Origin: Bdellovibrionales bacterium
Lineage (GTDB): Bacteria > Bdellovibrionota > Bdellovibrionia > Bdellovibrionales > UBA1609
Length of the DNA stretch: 64,000 nucleotides
NCBI GenBank assembly: GCA_965261545.1
Contig: CBDHDF010000011.1
Span: 160,001-224,000 of the forward strand
Reading direction: 5' to 3'
Each line of letters begins with the position of its first letter. The stretch's first letter is position 1. The notes beneath the pieces were generated by a model. It ran no database searches, was not told the origin of the DNA, and saw only the letters and a list, made by a program, of their open reading frames with translations. The position numbers and the translations under genes are program-made. Positions 52,474 through 62,595 of the stretch are shown here, piece by piece.

Positions 52474-54198
52474 CCTGAATTCATGGTTAAAAATATACAC
52501 CAGGATTATTCTTCTTCAAAAATTTTGAAAAAATCTCATTTTCAAAGGGAAAATTCAATTTTTTCTTAGATTTTAATAAAAAATCTATTTTCATTTTCTC
52601 AAAAATGGTGTATAAAATATACACCATGACAAAGGGGGTGAAATGAGTTTTATAAGAAGAATAAAGAAAAAGAACGGTCAAGTTTATTTAGCTGAGGTTG
52701 AAAATAAGTGGATTGATGGTAAGTCTGTGCAAAAACACATTCGTTATCTTGGCAAAGAAGTCGACGGTGAAACAGTAATTTCTCTTTCATCAAAAGATCT
52801 TCAAGTTGATAGTGTAAAAATTTATGGCCCACTTCTTGTATTTCATAGTATTGCGAAGAAGATTAATCTTCCAGATATTCTAGGAGAATATTCTAATGAA
52901 ATATTAAGTATGGTTTATGCTCATTGTATGGATTATAAGAGTGTTCACAAAATGCCATCATGGTATAAGCGTACAGATTTAAATCTTCTTTTAGGTTTAG
53001 ACAAGCTAACAGAAAATCGTTTAGTCTCAGCCATGGATAATCTAAATGAATCTAAGATACATGAATATCAAAGAAATATCTTTAACAATGTAAAGAAGAT
53101 ATATAAATTAAATTCAAAAGGAATTGTTTACGATGTAACAAATACTTATTTTCATGGAAAAACATGTGGTTTTGGAGAGAAAGGAAAGAGTAAAGATGGC
53201 AAACGTCAAAATGACCTCATACAAATAGGTTTAGCAACAACTCAAAAAGAAGGCATCCCAGTTTTTCATAAAAGTTTCAAGGGAAATATTCATGACAGTA
53301 GAACCTTAATGTCTCTTTCAGATAGTTTTAGTGAGTACCGATTGAATTCAGGTTTATTTGTATATGACCGAGGCATCACCTCTGAAAAAAACCTAAATTC
53401 TATAGGTAAAATGGGCTGGAAAACACTTTGTGGATTAACAATGAGAGAAAAAGAAAAGAATGCCATTAGAAAATTGTTGAAGAAGGGGTCTATGGATCAA
53501 TTTTCTAACATGGTTCAAATAAATGGAAATGTTATTTATGTCAAAGGAATTCCACACAAATTTGGATCGATTAAAGGAAAATTAGCCATTTGTTATAATG
53601 AGACTAAGAGAATAGAGATTAAAGAATCTAGAAGAAACAAAATTGTGGAAGCTCAGAAATTAATAAATGAAAATAAAGAAATTTTGATCGGTCTTGATAA
53701 ATATTTAACTTCTACAGGAAGATTAAGAGAATTCGTACTTCAAAATGCTGAAGAATTTGATGGATACTCATGTATTTTTTGTACTAAAAATATACCTGAT
53801 GAAGATATGGTAAGACTTTATTATGATAAAGATATTATAGAAAAAGCATTTCGTACTCTTAAGGGAGTATCAAAGTTAAGGCCTATTCGATTTAGATTAA
53901 AAAAACGTGTGGAGACTCACGTGTTTATATGCTATTTATCTTATCTTATACTATCAATTTTAAAATTAAACTTAAAATCTAAAGGCATAGATATATCGTC
54001 AGAAAAAGCAATTGAAGATTTAGAGGATATGTACAATGTTTATTTTTGTGATAATAAAAAGAAAAATAAATTTATTAGATCTGTGACTTTAAGTAAACAT
54101 CAAGAAAGAATATTACGATCAGTAGACTCAAATGTTCTCAAAAACCATGTGATACGCCCTTAAGAAACCTGGTGTATACTTCTGGGCAGAAATTCAGG
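52474..54198 (+). mobile_element. Second IS1634-family element I
   Basis: CCTGAAT...ATTCAGG ends; subterminal IR TATACACCAGG; duplication of GAGTTCC (5-7 bp depending on end choice). Confidence 0.85.
52643..54163 (+). CDS. IS1634-family transposase
   Basis: YDVTNTYF, GKSKD, QIGL, YDRG and IEKAFRTLK..LRPI motifs. Confidence 0.9.
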   Translation: MSFIRRIKKKNGQVYLAEVENKWIDGKSVQKHIRYLGKEVDGETVISLSSKDLQVDSVKIYGPLLVFHSIAKKINLPDILGEYSNEILSMVYAHCMDYKSVHKMPSWYKRTDLNLLLGLDKLTENRLVSAMDNLNESKIHEYQRNIFNNVKKIYKLNSKGIVYDVTNTYFHGKTCGFGEKGKSKDGKRQNDLIQIGLATTQKEGIPVFHKSFKGNIHDSRTLMSLSDSFSEYRLNSGLFVYDRGITSEKNLNSIGKMGWKTLCGLTMREKEKNAIRKLLKKGSMDQFSNMVQINGNVIYVKGIPHKFGSIKGKLAICYNETKRIEIKESRRNKIVEAQKLINENKEILIGLDKYLTSTGRLREFVLQNAEEFDGYSCIFCTKNIPDEDMVRLYYDKDIIEKAFRTLKGVSKLRPIRFRLKKRVETHVFICYLSYLILSILKLNLKSKGIDISSEKAIEDLEDMYNVYFCDNKKKNKFIRSVTLSKHQERILRSVDSNVLKNHVIRP

Positions 54199-54689
54199 GA
54201 GTTCCTAGGGGGATGCCAAAAACTCCCCCGTCGGTGACTTTTCGACGAATCACTTGGGGGGCTTTGTACTTAATGGCAGCAGCCTCCTGAATAAAACCCC
54301 CTTGATAAGTCACTCCTTGAGTGGAAAGATGAGAGGGTGTTTTTTGAGGAGACATTGTTGGAGAGGTTGTCATTTGCAAGTTCACCTGTTTCTCTTTGTT
54401 CATAGGGTTTCCTTTGTTCTCTGAAGATTTCAGCAATTGACTCACAATGGATGAACCCTTAGAGCCATGTGGATGGGGTGGTTGTACTTTCTGACTCTTT
54501 GTCAGTGCAGCCTGTGCCTTGGATTTATTCACCGTCATAAGCTGACTGGAATCTCTGTGAGCCTTGAAAAAGAAAGTCATGAAGGAACCCCCAACAACCA
54601 TCAGAATGACGACTATGGATGTCTTTTTTTTATTGAGCATATCCTTGCCCCCATCTTTTTTGATGAAACATGAACCCAACTTATGAATA

Positions 54690-54824
54690 ACCTCCATTGG
54701 AGGAACCTTCACCGAAGGAACCTTCACCGAAGGAACCTTCACCGAAGGAACCTTCACCGAAGGAGCCTTCATCGAAGGAACTTTCATCGAAGGAGCCTTC
54801 ACCAAAGGAACCTTCATCGAAGGA
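54690..54824. repeat. Nine 15-bp tandem repeats (ACCTTCACCGAAGGA consensus)
   Basis: Read directly; most units contain the palindrome CCTTC-N3-GAAGG. Confidence 0.92.
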
Positions 54825-55614
54825 ACTTTCCTTGGATGATAGCCTGTCCCTTCTTGTCTCCACAGGTCACATGGAGGGTAAAAGCCTTCTTCTCCTTGGA
54901 TGATATGAAGAGCCTGGCCTTGGAGCTTTCATGGTTCTCAAGCTTATCTTTACCCACCACATAACTTTGAGGAGCCAAAGGCTTGCCCTTTCTTGTCGCC
55001 AACACCTGAAGAGATTCGATATTTTCCCGTAAAACCCCTTTGTTTTTGATTTGAAGGTCTATGGTGCGCAATGAATGCTTGGGAGCCGCCATAGTTCTAC
55101 CAACTTTCACAAGCAACGAGTTTCCTACCACCAGTTCTAAATCAATGGAATAAAATCTCTGAGCTAGTTTCTTAGAATCCTTTTTTTGCTTTTGAGACGA
55201 GGGTAGGGAAAGCCTTAAGGAGTTGGGTTTCCATTTCACATGCAAAAAATCATCATATTGGCAGTGGTTACATACATCGAGGAGAAAACCATAGGTATGG
55301 TGGGGGGTATAAACAAAGAGGTTGGTTTTAACTCTGCCCAAGGGCTGGATAGTGATATCGTTGTCAATAAACTCAACGGAGTGGTAGTTTTGGTTTCCAA
55401 TGACTACCTTTTTCGGAGTCTCAGAAAAGCGCAAAACCGAAGCCCTTCCCATTCTTAATTGAATGGTTTGCATTTTCCTGTTATCCACTCTTATGGTTCT
55501 GATCTTATCTGGTAGGGAGTCAGAAGCCACCAAGATCAAAATAAGAATGGCAGCCAATCCTGAATTATAAATGATCCATTTTTTAGTCATAACATTTATA
55601 AATTTTAATCTCAT
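54814..55614 (-). CDS. VirB9/TrbG-like T4SS outer-core protein
   Basis: Signal anchor; TIQLRMGRASVLRF..P..VVIG...TNLFV motif; position upstream of virB10. Confidence 0.6.
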   Translation of the reverse strand: MRLKFINVMTKKWIIYNSGLAAILILILVASDSLPDKIRTIRVDNRKMQTIQLRMGRASVLRFSETPKKVVIGNQNYHSVEFIDNDITIQPLGRVKTNLFVYTPHHTYGFLLDVCNHCQYDDFLHVKWKPNSLRLSLPSSQKQKKDSKKLAQRFYSIDLELVVGNSLLVKVGRTMAAPKHSLRTIDLQIKNKGVLRENIESLQVLATRKGKPLAPQSYVVGKDKLENHESSKARLFISSKEKKAFTLHVTCGDKKGQAIIQGKFLR

Positions 55615-55756
55615 AAAATATCCTTTCTTTGACCTTTTTCTGGTCTCATGCAATTCAACCTCAACCCAAAAGACTTGCCGTGGGCAGAGTTTTTTTGGGA
55701 AAAACGCCTTCTCTATTTACAAATTGTCCATGAAATTGTTGATTCTCTTGATTGAA

Positions 55757-56329
55757 CTAATGCTCTAACATTTGATTGACCAAAAGACCCATGGGATTCC
55801 AAGCATTGGATTGATCTTGAACCAGCTTTATGGAAACCTTGGTGGGGACAGGTATGGGAAGCCCCTCTATTTTTAAAAGCTTGTCAAATTGGGCTGTCAC
55901 TTCTTTCTCTGTGACAGTCAACGAAAGGTTGACAATAGCTTGAGAAGTTTTTTTTCCTTTAAAGTCCTTTTCTTTCAGATGAGTCAAAAGCGTAAAAATC
56001 TTTGTGTTCAAGCCTTCAGTCACCAAGGGACTTAGGCTTGTGTGCATGGACTTGGGGTGAAGTTCTTCCCATTCGTAGCGGATGCGTAAAAAACCTTCAA
56101 CAAAGTCCTTGATATCTTCCTCTGAAAGGTTTATACGAGCCCTGTGGGCTCGCAAGTAACTATTCTTTCCTCCTTCCTTAATCACCACAATAGGATCATC
56201 AAAATAGAGAAGAGCCACTGTCAGTGCTTGAGTCATACAAATAACCATCAAACCAAGATTGATAAGCTTATGTGTTCTTAGTAGAGAGTGAATGTCTTTC
56301 CATGCGCTTATGCTTGTGGATGAACTCAT
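55757..56329 (-). CDS. VirB8/TraE-like T4SS protein
   Basis: Single TM; C-terminal NPMGLLV motif. Confidence 0.65.
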   Translation of the reverse strand: MSSSTSISAWKDIHSLLRTHKLINLGLMVICMTQALTVALLYFDDPIVVIKEGGKNSYLRAHRARINLSEEDIKDFVEGFLRIRYEWEELHPKSMHTSLSPLVTEGLNTKIFTLLTHLKEKDFKGKKTSQAIVNLSLTVTEKEVTAQFDKLLKIEGLPIPVPTKVSIKLVQDQSNAWNPMGLLVNQMLEH

Positions 56330-56583
56330 AATAAACCTACCTTCATAATCTTTTCTACAAAGGTTTTCATGATTTTCCCTATGCTTCTATCTGAATTTTT
56401 CCTGAATTTTTTCTCTATAATTTTTTTGTTGGCTGTCTTCATATTCTTTCCTTGATATCTCTCTACGACGACGATTTTTTCTTTACTTTCTTCCATGGAT
56501 TTTCCTTTATTTCTCTGTATAGTTTCTTTCATTTTACGTTCCATATCTTGACAGGTTTTTTCTATGATAGCTTCTATCATCAT
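56326..56583 (-). CDS. Hypothetical Lys-rich protein
   Basis: Overlaps both neighbours by 4 bp. Confidence 0.45.
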   Translation of the reverse strand: MMIEAIIEKTCQDMERKMKETIQRNKGKSMEESKEKIVVVERYQGKNMKTANKKIIEKKFRKNSDRSIGKIMKTFVEKIMKVGLL

Positions 56584-57605
56584 GCTTGAGGTCTCCCTTC
56601 ATCAATTTGAGGTGGTGGTTGTTCTCTGGCAGCGGCTATGTCTTGCATTGTAATTGGAACATCAGCTTGAACCCTTTCTCTGAGGTCATCGTCATTCATA
56701 GAAGATTTTGTTCTCACCTGAGCTATTCTGGCCATGCGATGGTCCAAGGGTTTCTTGATAGATTTTGCTAGGGGTTTTGCCATAAATTGTCCTACGGACT
56801 GCCCTGCTCCAAGGGTGTGTGCAAGCCCTTGCTTGGCCACTTTTTGGGTATAAAACTTGGCAGCAGCCACTGTAGCCATGGCTGGAGCCGAGGCTAAAGC
56901 AGACGCGGCACTTTCTAAACCATCATTAATCAGGGACCTTGTGGCCATTGGAATAAAGAGCATACTGAGTCCAATGCACAAGTTCATTACAATAGACATA
57001 AGAAAATCCTCCATACTGTGAAACTGAGGGTTCATGGCTAATTTCAGAAGCAAGACTCCAAGTACAGTCCACAAAATTTTCCAGATAACGACCTTAATAA
57101 GTCCCTTGTATAAGTTGGCAGTTATATGGGATGTGGACTTTGGGACATAGGCAAGAATCATCAGGGGAGAAATCGTAAACAACACCACCCACACAAAGTG
57201 GGTGAGAGCCTCAGCCACAAAAAATCCCAAAAGGGCTATAATGTAAGAGACCAAAGAGAGTACATAAAGAATATGCCCTCTCAGATCAAAGAGTCCTCCT
57301 GAAAGGTCCTTTTCGTTGGGTCCCATGTGTGCGAGTACATCCCATACATTGGCAATCTTATCTATTTTCCCAATAACTCCATCACCCACCATGCCGATCA
57401 CATGGATGATGTCATCAAAGGAAAATATCATAATCATAGATATCACCACACGCCTTAGAATATCAAAGATATCCACAGTGCTTCCCGAACCCTTAAGAAA
57501 CTCCAGGATAATAATCAAAAGGATTATGGGAGCCAAGAGGAACCAATAAATATCTAAAATTTCTGCCCGAACATCATTGGCAATCCCTGAAAGTGAATCA
57601 AACAT
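56580..57605 (-). CDS. VirB6/TrbL-like polytopic membrane protein
   Basis: Five to six TM segments, ISPLMIL motif, Ala-rich tail. Confidence 0.7.
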   Translation of the reverse strand: MFDSLSGIANDVRAEILDIYWFLLAPIILLIIILEFLKGSGSTVDIFDILRRVVISMIMIFSFDDIIHVIGMVGDGVIGKIDKIANVWDVLAHMGPNEKDLSGGLFDLRGHILYVLSLVSYIIALLGFFVAEALTHFVWVVLFTISPLMILAYVPKSTSHITANLYKGLIKVVIWKILWTVLGVLLLKLAMNPQFHSMEDFLMSIVMNLCIGLSMLFIPMATRSLINDGLESAASALASAPAMATVAAAKFYTQKVAKQGLAHTLGAGQSVGQFMAKPLAKSIKKPLDHRMARIAQVRTKSSMNDDDLRERVQADVPITMQDIAAAREQPPPQIDEGRPQA

Positions 57606-58400
57606 TTAAAATTTGATAAACTTATTGGATCGTGGAACGCTCTGAAATAATTTTCCTATTTTACCGTGCACTTTCTGATAGGACCTCACATCGGATTTAT
57701 CCTTCTTGTTTTGCATAGCCATCACTTCACTTTGAAGTTTAAGGCTCTGACTCTGAAGGCGAATCAACTGATTGATACTTTCAAGAATCATGGCATTAGA
57801 GACAGCCGTGGCTCTGGCAGCTCCCTTGGGGGAAGCCATGGACGCTTGCTGTATCAGCGAGTTTGAATTTGCCTCCTGTGCCTTGGAATAATCCTTGGAT
57901 AATGCAATCATCACAAGAGATTCAGCAATGCTTTCATCGTGGAGTTTATGAAGAACCTCTTCGGGGGATTTGGGAATCTTGCCATAAATTTGGTAAACCG
58001 TCTCAATGGAGTTGTTAAAACTCCGAAGATTTCCAAGAATCCCCTGATCCTTCAATGGCAGGCTGCTCATGAGCCCCGTGATATTTTCAATCCCATAGTG
58101 AATGGTTCGGAGATAGTCACTGGAATTTTGCGAATGATCCATCATCAACTTAAGTTGTTGGTAGCGTTTATGGTTCTCATCCAATATTTTGACCAAATAG
58201 GGTACTTGTGCCCAACCCGCACCAAGGTCACCAAAAATGGCATGGGCCGTGGGTGACGGAATTATGAAAAGAATAGATAAAAGCAAAGGCACTATTTTTA
58301 AGTAAAATTTCAAATTCCATTTTTTACTCTTGCTCTTATTCGTATTTTCAATCTCACTTTTATTCTGATTATCCTTAAAGATATGTATTTCAAAAAACAT
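57606..58400 (-). CDS. VirB5/TrbJ-like protein
   Basis: Signal peptide (AHA), Gln-rich helical body; lies between virB4 and virB6. Confidence 0.6.
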   Translation of the reverse strand: MFFEIHIFKDNQNKSEIENTNKSKSKKWNLKFYLKIVPLLLSILFIIPSPTAHAIFGDLGAGWAQVPYLVKILDENHKRYQQLKLMMDHSQNSSDYLRTIHYGIENITGLMSSLPLKDQGILGNLRSFNNSIETVYQIYGKIPKSPEEVLHKLHDESIAESLVMIALSKDYSKAQEANSNSLIQQASMASPKGAARATAVSNAMILESINQLIRLQSQSLKLQSEVMAMQNKKDKSDVRSYQKVHGKIGKLFQSVPRSNKFIKF

Positions 58401-58530
58401 AGAAACTCCCGTTGGTTGATTTTTATTCGATTGATATTTATTCGTATGCTTATGCTTCTTTTAGTCGAAATTATTTCTCATTATAATGATTGAACATTGA
58501 ACTTATGTTTCACCGCCTTCATCACCTTTG

Positions 58531-61050
58531 TTACTTTCGTTGATCCTTGGGAAAAGCTAAACATTCGAGAACATCAAGCTGACTCATCTCAGGAAATTTA
58601 GCTTCAGTATGGGAAATGCGAACCTTGTCGTTGGCATCGGATGTGGAAAACCAATGACTTAGGGGCTCTGGAATCAGTCGCAAGATGGTGTCTCTATCTC
58701 CTTGAAGATAATACAGTTCACTGTACTCTCCCTTGCAGATGGACAGGCTTTTAATGCGCTCCACTTGAACATCATTAAAATCAAAGGTCTTTTGAAAGTC
58801 ATTCCAGTCAATTTTTCTTTGAGGAAGAATAATGACATTGGTGGTATTAGTCATCAAAGCATCTTTAAGGGAGTCATCCATCATAAAGTCTTTATAGTTC
58901 TGACTTAGACACCAAATACCACTTTTAAACTTCCTCCAAGTGCGATAGCAGGTGATGACCACCTGCCTTGCTAACTCTGACTGCAAGAGCCTTTCGGCCT
59001 CGTCGATAATCAAAAGATACTCCCTTTCAATATCTGATGAAGCCACATCCTGAATGTAAGAAGTTAAAATCAAAAGTACGACATCTTTGAGTTCGGGATA
59101 ACTATTTAAATGACGAATCTCCACAGAGATGAGGTCCTTAGAGAGTTTCACGTTGGTGGGACCATCAAGCATTTGGCCATAGGCTGAAGACCCCGTCCAA
59201 CTGTAGAGGATTTCCCCAAACCCTCTCATCTTAGGATCATTGTGACCATCCAAGAGGGATTTAAAATCAGACAATATTGGCCATTTTTTTGATCCTTCTT
59301 TTGACCCTTCTTCCCCGTTATCCATATGGAGTTTATAGACTTTATAAATCTGTTCCTCTAAAAGAGCCTTTTCTCTCTTGCCAAGGGTTTTTTGGTTTTC
59401 ATCCTTGAGAATCATTTCAAGCACAGCCAAAATTGTGCGAACCCTGTCCGAACTGGGTTGGGTTTCTCCCTCCTTGAGGTCAAACACATTAAGACACAAA
59501 TCAGACTCCAAGCTAAAATCTACAAACTCACCATCTAGGATTTCAATAAGCCTTTTTGATGAGGCTCCATTGTCAATCCATACAATTCTTGGCCTGTGGG
59601 CTTGGCCCGAGGGACCATGGCTCACTTTTCCATAGAACATGGCCATGAGCTGGACGAGGGCGTAGCTTTTCCCACTTCCTGAGCTACCAAACACAATGCC
59701 ATTCCATGAGGGGAGATGTTCGGCGTAGGGGTCCAGTGAGAAGAGTTCTCCATCTCTTGTGGGAAGGAGGCACACAGGGCTTGAATTGCCTCGCCAATTG
59801 GCAAAGACCGGCATAAGGTGAACGGCATTGCTGGACTTCATTTTCTTGTGACGGAGCCCTTCACAGCACCCAGGCAGAGATTTAAGAAAAGCCACTTTTC
59901 CCGTAAGAGTTTCTTGCAAACCCTCAGCTTGGTTAAGAAGACGAAAGGTCTTAAGAATTTCATCCGTCTTGTCACCGAGTTCTTCTAGGGATTTTGCCCA
60001 AATCATCACATTGAAGTCTGAGGAAACTAATTTCTCTGAGCCCTCAATAAGGTGGGATAAAAGCCCTTCGATCTGCCCAAGTTTGTTCTCTGAATCGAGA
60101 TCACTGACGTTCTGACTTCCCGATGCCATGGAGTAAGCAATCCTTCTCTTTAACTCCAAGGAGGCTTTCTCTCCTCTCTGATTTAAGAGATGAATGGACT
60201 GGCTTATCCAAAAATGAAAGGGCACAGTAGAAAAGGCATTGACCATGGCGGCAAAGGTTTGCCCCTCCGGGAGCGTGGCAAGGCTTATCGTGCGAAATTG
60301 ATAGCCTCCCATAGATATAGCGTCTTTGTTCCATGTGAAGTCAGTGAGAGTCAGTTGCTCACTCACAGAGGGGTCAAAGAGGGCCTTGGGTTCTCGGTAG
60401 TGGGGAGAGCCCACTTTTTCCTTTCGTTCAAAGTTGAGGTGCTCAAAAATAAGTTGAAACCAAGCCTCAGAGTTCAGAGGCATAGGTTTGAGCCCTGCGG
60501 AGACAAGAAGAGATTCGACCCCATGGACGGAGCGCATGAATTTGTTTTTTCCCTGAGCAAAGTCTTTTTCTAACATCGAAGCAAAATACTGACTTGATGA
60601 AAAAAGCCCTTGCTTCTTCGTACCCAAGGATTGGCTGCGAATGAAAAAATAAATCTCAGGGAGAAAGTATTTCTTCTCATTTTGGTTTTTACGGTAAAAT
60701 GCAAGGCGAGCCTTGGCGATTCTCTGATAAGGCCCTTCTATGCTCTCAGACAGCTTGCGGTGATCCTCAATGAGATTGTCTACATTGGGCGAGAGCTTGT
60801 AAAGGACTTGAAACTTGAGGCCCTCTTGTGAAACTGTCATGAGGTCTTCAAGGTGTTGGGTCATCTGGTTGATCTGCTCATTTGTGGCACAGGTCATATC
60901 AAAGCCGGAAAGCTTAAAACCTGCCCCAAGGGACCCATCCTTAAAAACCATAAGATTCTTATCAAAATGCCAAAATTCCAATTCACTGGCAAGACACTCC
61001 ATGGAGTCTCCTTTCATAAATATTTCACTTTCATAGATATTTCCTTTCAT
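58531..61050 (-). CDS. virB4: VirB4/TraC-like conjugative ATPase
   Basis: About 830 aa; GSSGSGKS, IDNGAS, IIDEA, RTWRK, SQN motifs. Confidence 0.88.
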   Translation of the reverse strand: MKGNIYESEIFMKGDSMECLASELEFWHFDKNLMVFKDGSLGAGFKLSGFDMTCATNEQINQMTQHLEDLMTVSQEGLKFQVLYKLSPNVDNLIEDHRKLSESIEGPYQRIAKARLAFYRKNQNEKKYFLPEIYFFIRSQSLGTKKQGLFSSSQYFASMLEKDFAQGKNKFMRSVHGVESLLVSAGLKPMPLNSEAWFQLIFEHLNFERKEKVGSPHYREPKALFDPSVSEQLTLTDFTWNKDAISMGGYQFRTISLATLPEGQTFAAMVNAFSTVPFHFWISQSIHLLNQRGEKASLELKRRIAYSMASGSQNVSDLDSENKLGQIEGLLSHLIEGSEKLVSSDFNVMIWAKSLEELGDKTDEILKTFRLLNQAEGLQETLTGKVAFLKSLPGCCEGLRHKKMKSSNAVHLMPVFANWRGNSSPVCLLPTRDGELFSLDPYAEHLPSWNGIVFGSSGSGKSYALVQLMAMFYGKVSHGPSGQAHRPRIVWIDNGASSKRLIEILDGEFVDFSLESDLCLNVFDLKEGETQPSSDRVRTILAVLEMILKDENQKTLGKREKALLEEQIYKVYKLHMDNGEEGSKEGSKKWPILSDFKSLLDGHNDPKMRGFGEILYSWTGSSAYGQMLDGPTNVKLSKDLISVEIRHLNSYPELKDVVLLILTSYIQDVASSDIEREYLLIIDEAERLLQSELARQVVITCYRTWRKFKSGIWCLSQNYKDFMMDDSLKDALMTNTTNVIILPQRKIDWNDFQKTFDFNDVQVERIKSLSICKGEYSELYYLQGDRDTILRLIPEPLSHWFSTSDANDKVRISHTEAKFPEMSQLDVLECLAFPKDQRK

Positions 61051-61056
61051 AGGTTT

Positions 61057-61470
61057 TCAATTCTTATGCTCCTTCCATCCATCTTCACAATTTTTCATCC
61101 CCTGACTTGTGGTCTTTGCCATTGCCTCCTCTCCTTTTGGTGGAAAAGAAAGTGAGTTGTTACAAATTTTCTTTCTTACCCTGTGAGCCTCCCTTGGCTC
61201 TTGGCCCGCTGAAAAGAACCCCGGCTCAAGGTAAAAACGAAGAAAATCAAGCAAAAAACCTTCAGGCTTGCCCCTCTTTCCAAAGTACAAGATGGCGAGA
61301 ACCAAAAGGGGAGCCCCAAAGACAAGAGGAATTTCTAAAACTGTCCCAGAAAAACAAAGACTCATAAGGGCTCCAAGAATAAGAGAGACGAGAAGGTCGA
61401 GGGCCTCAAGCCCCCCAACCTTAAATTTAGCATCGAGATTTCGATGAACTTTCGATCTTTTGATATCCAC
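61057..61470 (-). CDS. VirB3/TraL-like protein
   Basis: Two TM segments, KRGKPEGFL motif; directly upstream of virB4. Confidence 0.65.
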   Translation of the reverse strand: MDIKRSKVHRNLDAKFKVGGLEALDLLVSLILGALMSLCFSGTVLEIPLVFGAPLLVLAILYFGKRGKPEGFLLDFLRFYLEPGFFSAGQEPREAHRVRKKICNNSLSFPPKGEEAMAKTTSQGMKNCEDGWKEHKN

Positions 61471-61684
61471 TATTTGACCCTCCTCATCGGGTATTCGCGA
61501 CTTAATGTACTCACCATCACCACCGCCGAACCTTCACCACTTGCAATGCGCCGGCCCCTGATAGGTGTCACCTGTGGTGCGCCCACCATGTGGGTTCACC
61601 TGTGGTGCCGTGCCACCATATGTAGGTGTCACTTGTGGCACCCATCACACCCATCCTCTGGCACCTATCCTTTGACATTTGACT

Positions 61685-62005
61685 TCACCCTCCCACTGCC
61701 GACTGAAACCAGCGGATAATCATAGGGGCGAGAAAACCAATCATGCTGGCAACAATCACCAGAAGCATACGTCTCTTTGCACCTTCATCACCCATGGCGG
61801 CTTGGATAGCTGCGTAGATTAGCCCCAAGATAGCAAAGGTTGGCAATATCACCGATATAAGGCTATTGGTGAGACTTTGGATGCGACTCTCAAAGCCGAG
61901 CCCACCCAATCCTGCCAAAGTGGGACTCATAGACAAAAGAAGAACAACAATGAACAGGCATATAAATCCTAAACCTCTCAGACTTATGGTTCTTTTAAAA
62001 CTCAT
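61685..62005 (-). CDS. VirB2/TrbC-like pilin
   Basis: Signal peptide plus two hydrophobic helices; 106 aa. Confidence 0.7.
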   Translation of the reverse strand: MSFKRTISLRGLGFICLFIVVLLLSMSPTLAGLGGLGFESRIQSLTNSLISVILPTFAILGLIYAAIQAAMGDEGAKRRMLLVIVASMIGFLAPMIIRWFQSAVGG

Positions 62006-62379
62006 GATTCGTCCTTCAGATAAAGCACAAGTGTTTTGAACTTGGACCCATAATCAATAAAGACATTCCCATAGGTCCTATGATTGCTATATCCTGAGCC
62101 AACAAGGTGACGCTTCAAGAATTGACCATTTCTACGCTTGATGACAAGCTCCATCCTGTAGTTGATGGACCCATCAGCATTGGACTCAAAAGGTTTTAGA
62201 AAGTATTGCTTTTCATTGGGCTCTTCATCCACCCTTAAAAGATATTCACCATAGGAGGAGTTATAAAAAGCCACTCCGGCGTGATGAACAGTATCATTTC
62301 TTGGATCCAACCATCCTAAAATGAAAGTTTCATTTTTTCTTTTTTCATAAGTGAAATTGTTGTTTTCTTTATGATTCAT
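62002..62379 (-). CDS. Hypothetical protein
   Basis: GGAGG RBS; overlaps the pilin start. Confidence 0.7.
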   Translation of the reverse strand: MNHKENNNFTYEKRKNETFILGWLDPRNDTVHHAGVAFYNSSYGEYLLRVDEEPNEKQYFLKPFESNADGSINYRMELVIKRRNGQFLKRHLVGSGYSNHRTYGNVFIDYGSKFKTLVLYLKDES

Positions 62380-62492
62380 ATCAATGCCTCCGTGACATCA
62401 TAGTCTTTAAAAAGGTTAAAAAAATAATCTGATGATAAAATAAATCTTGCTTGAGAGCTAAGCATCATAAATGCTTTCACTGCGTTTATTAG

Positions 62493-62508
62493 GGCAAGAG
62501 CATGGCCA
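62493..62508 (-). promoter_or_regulatory. Candidate sigma-54 (-24/-12) promoter of the tra operon
   Basis: TGGCCATGCTCTTGCC fits GG-N10-GC; about 115 bp upstream of the operon. Confidence 0.45.
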
Positions 62509-62595
62509 TGGCCATGAAATAAGATTTACAAATAATCAACATGGACCTCCAAGGGGGGACGCTAATCCCTTGGGGTCGTTTTATAGACTAGATCA

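Larger units (their letters stand above)
51922..54640 (-). pseudogene. TrbI/VirB10-like protein split by an IS1634
   Basis: Rejoined ...IPLGT|HIKGKLLTAID...IPRNSVLFG...VTLPAGREIIV; N-terminal TM anchor. Confidence 0.75.
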
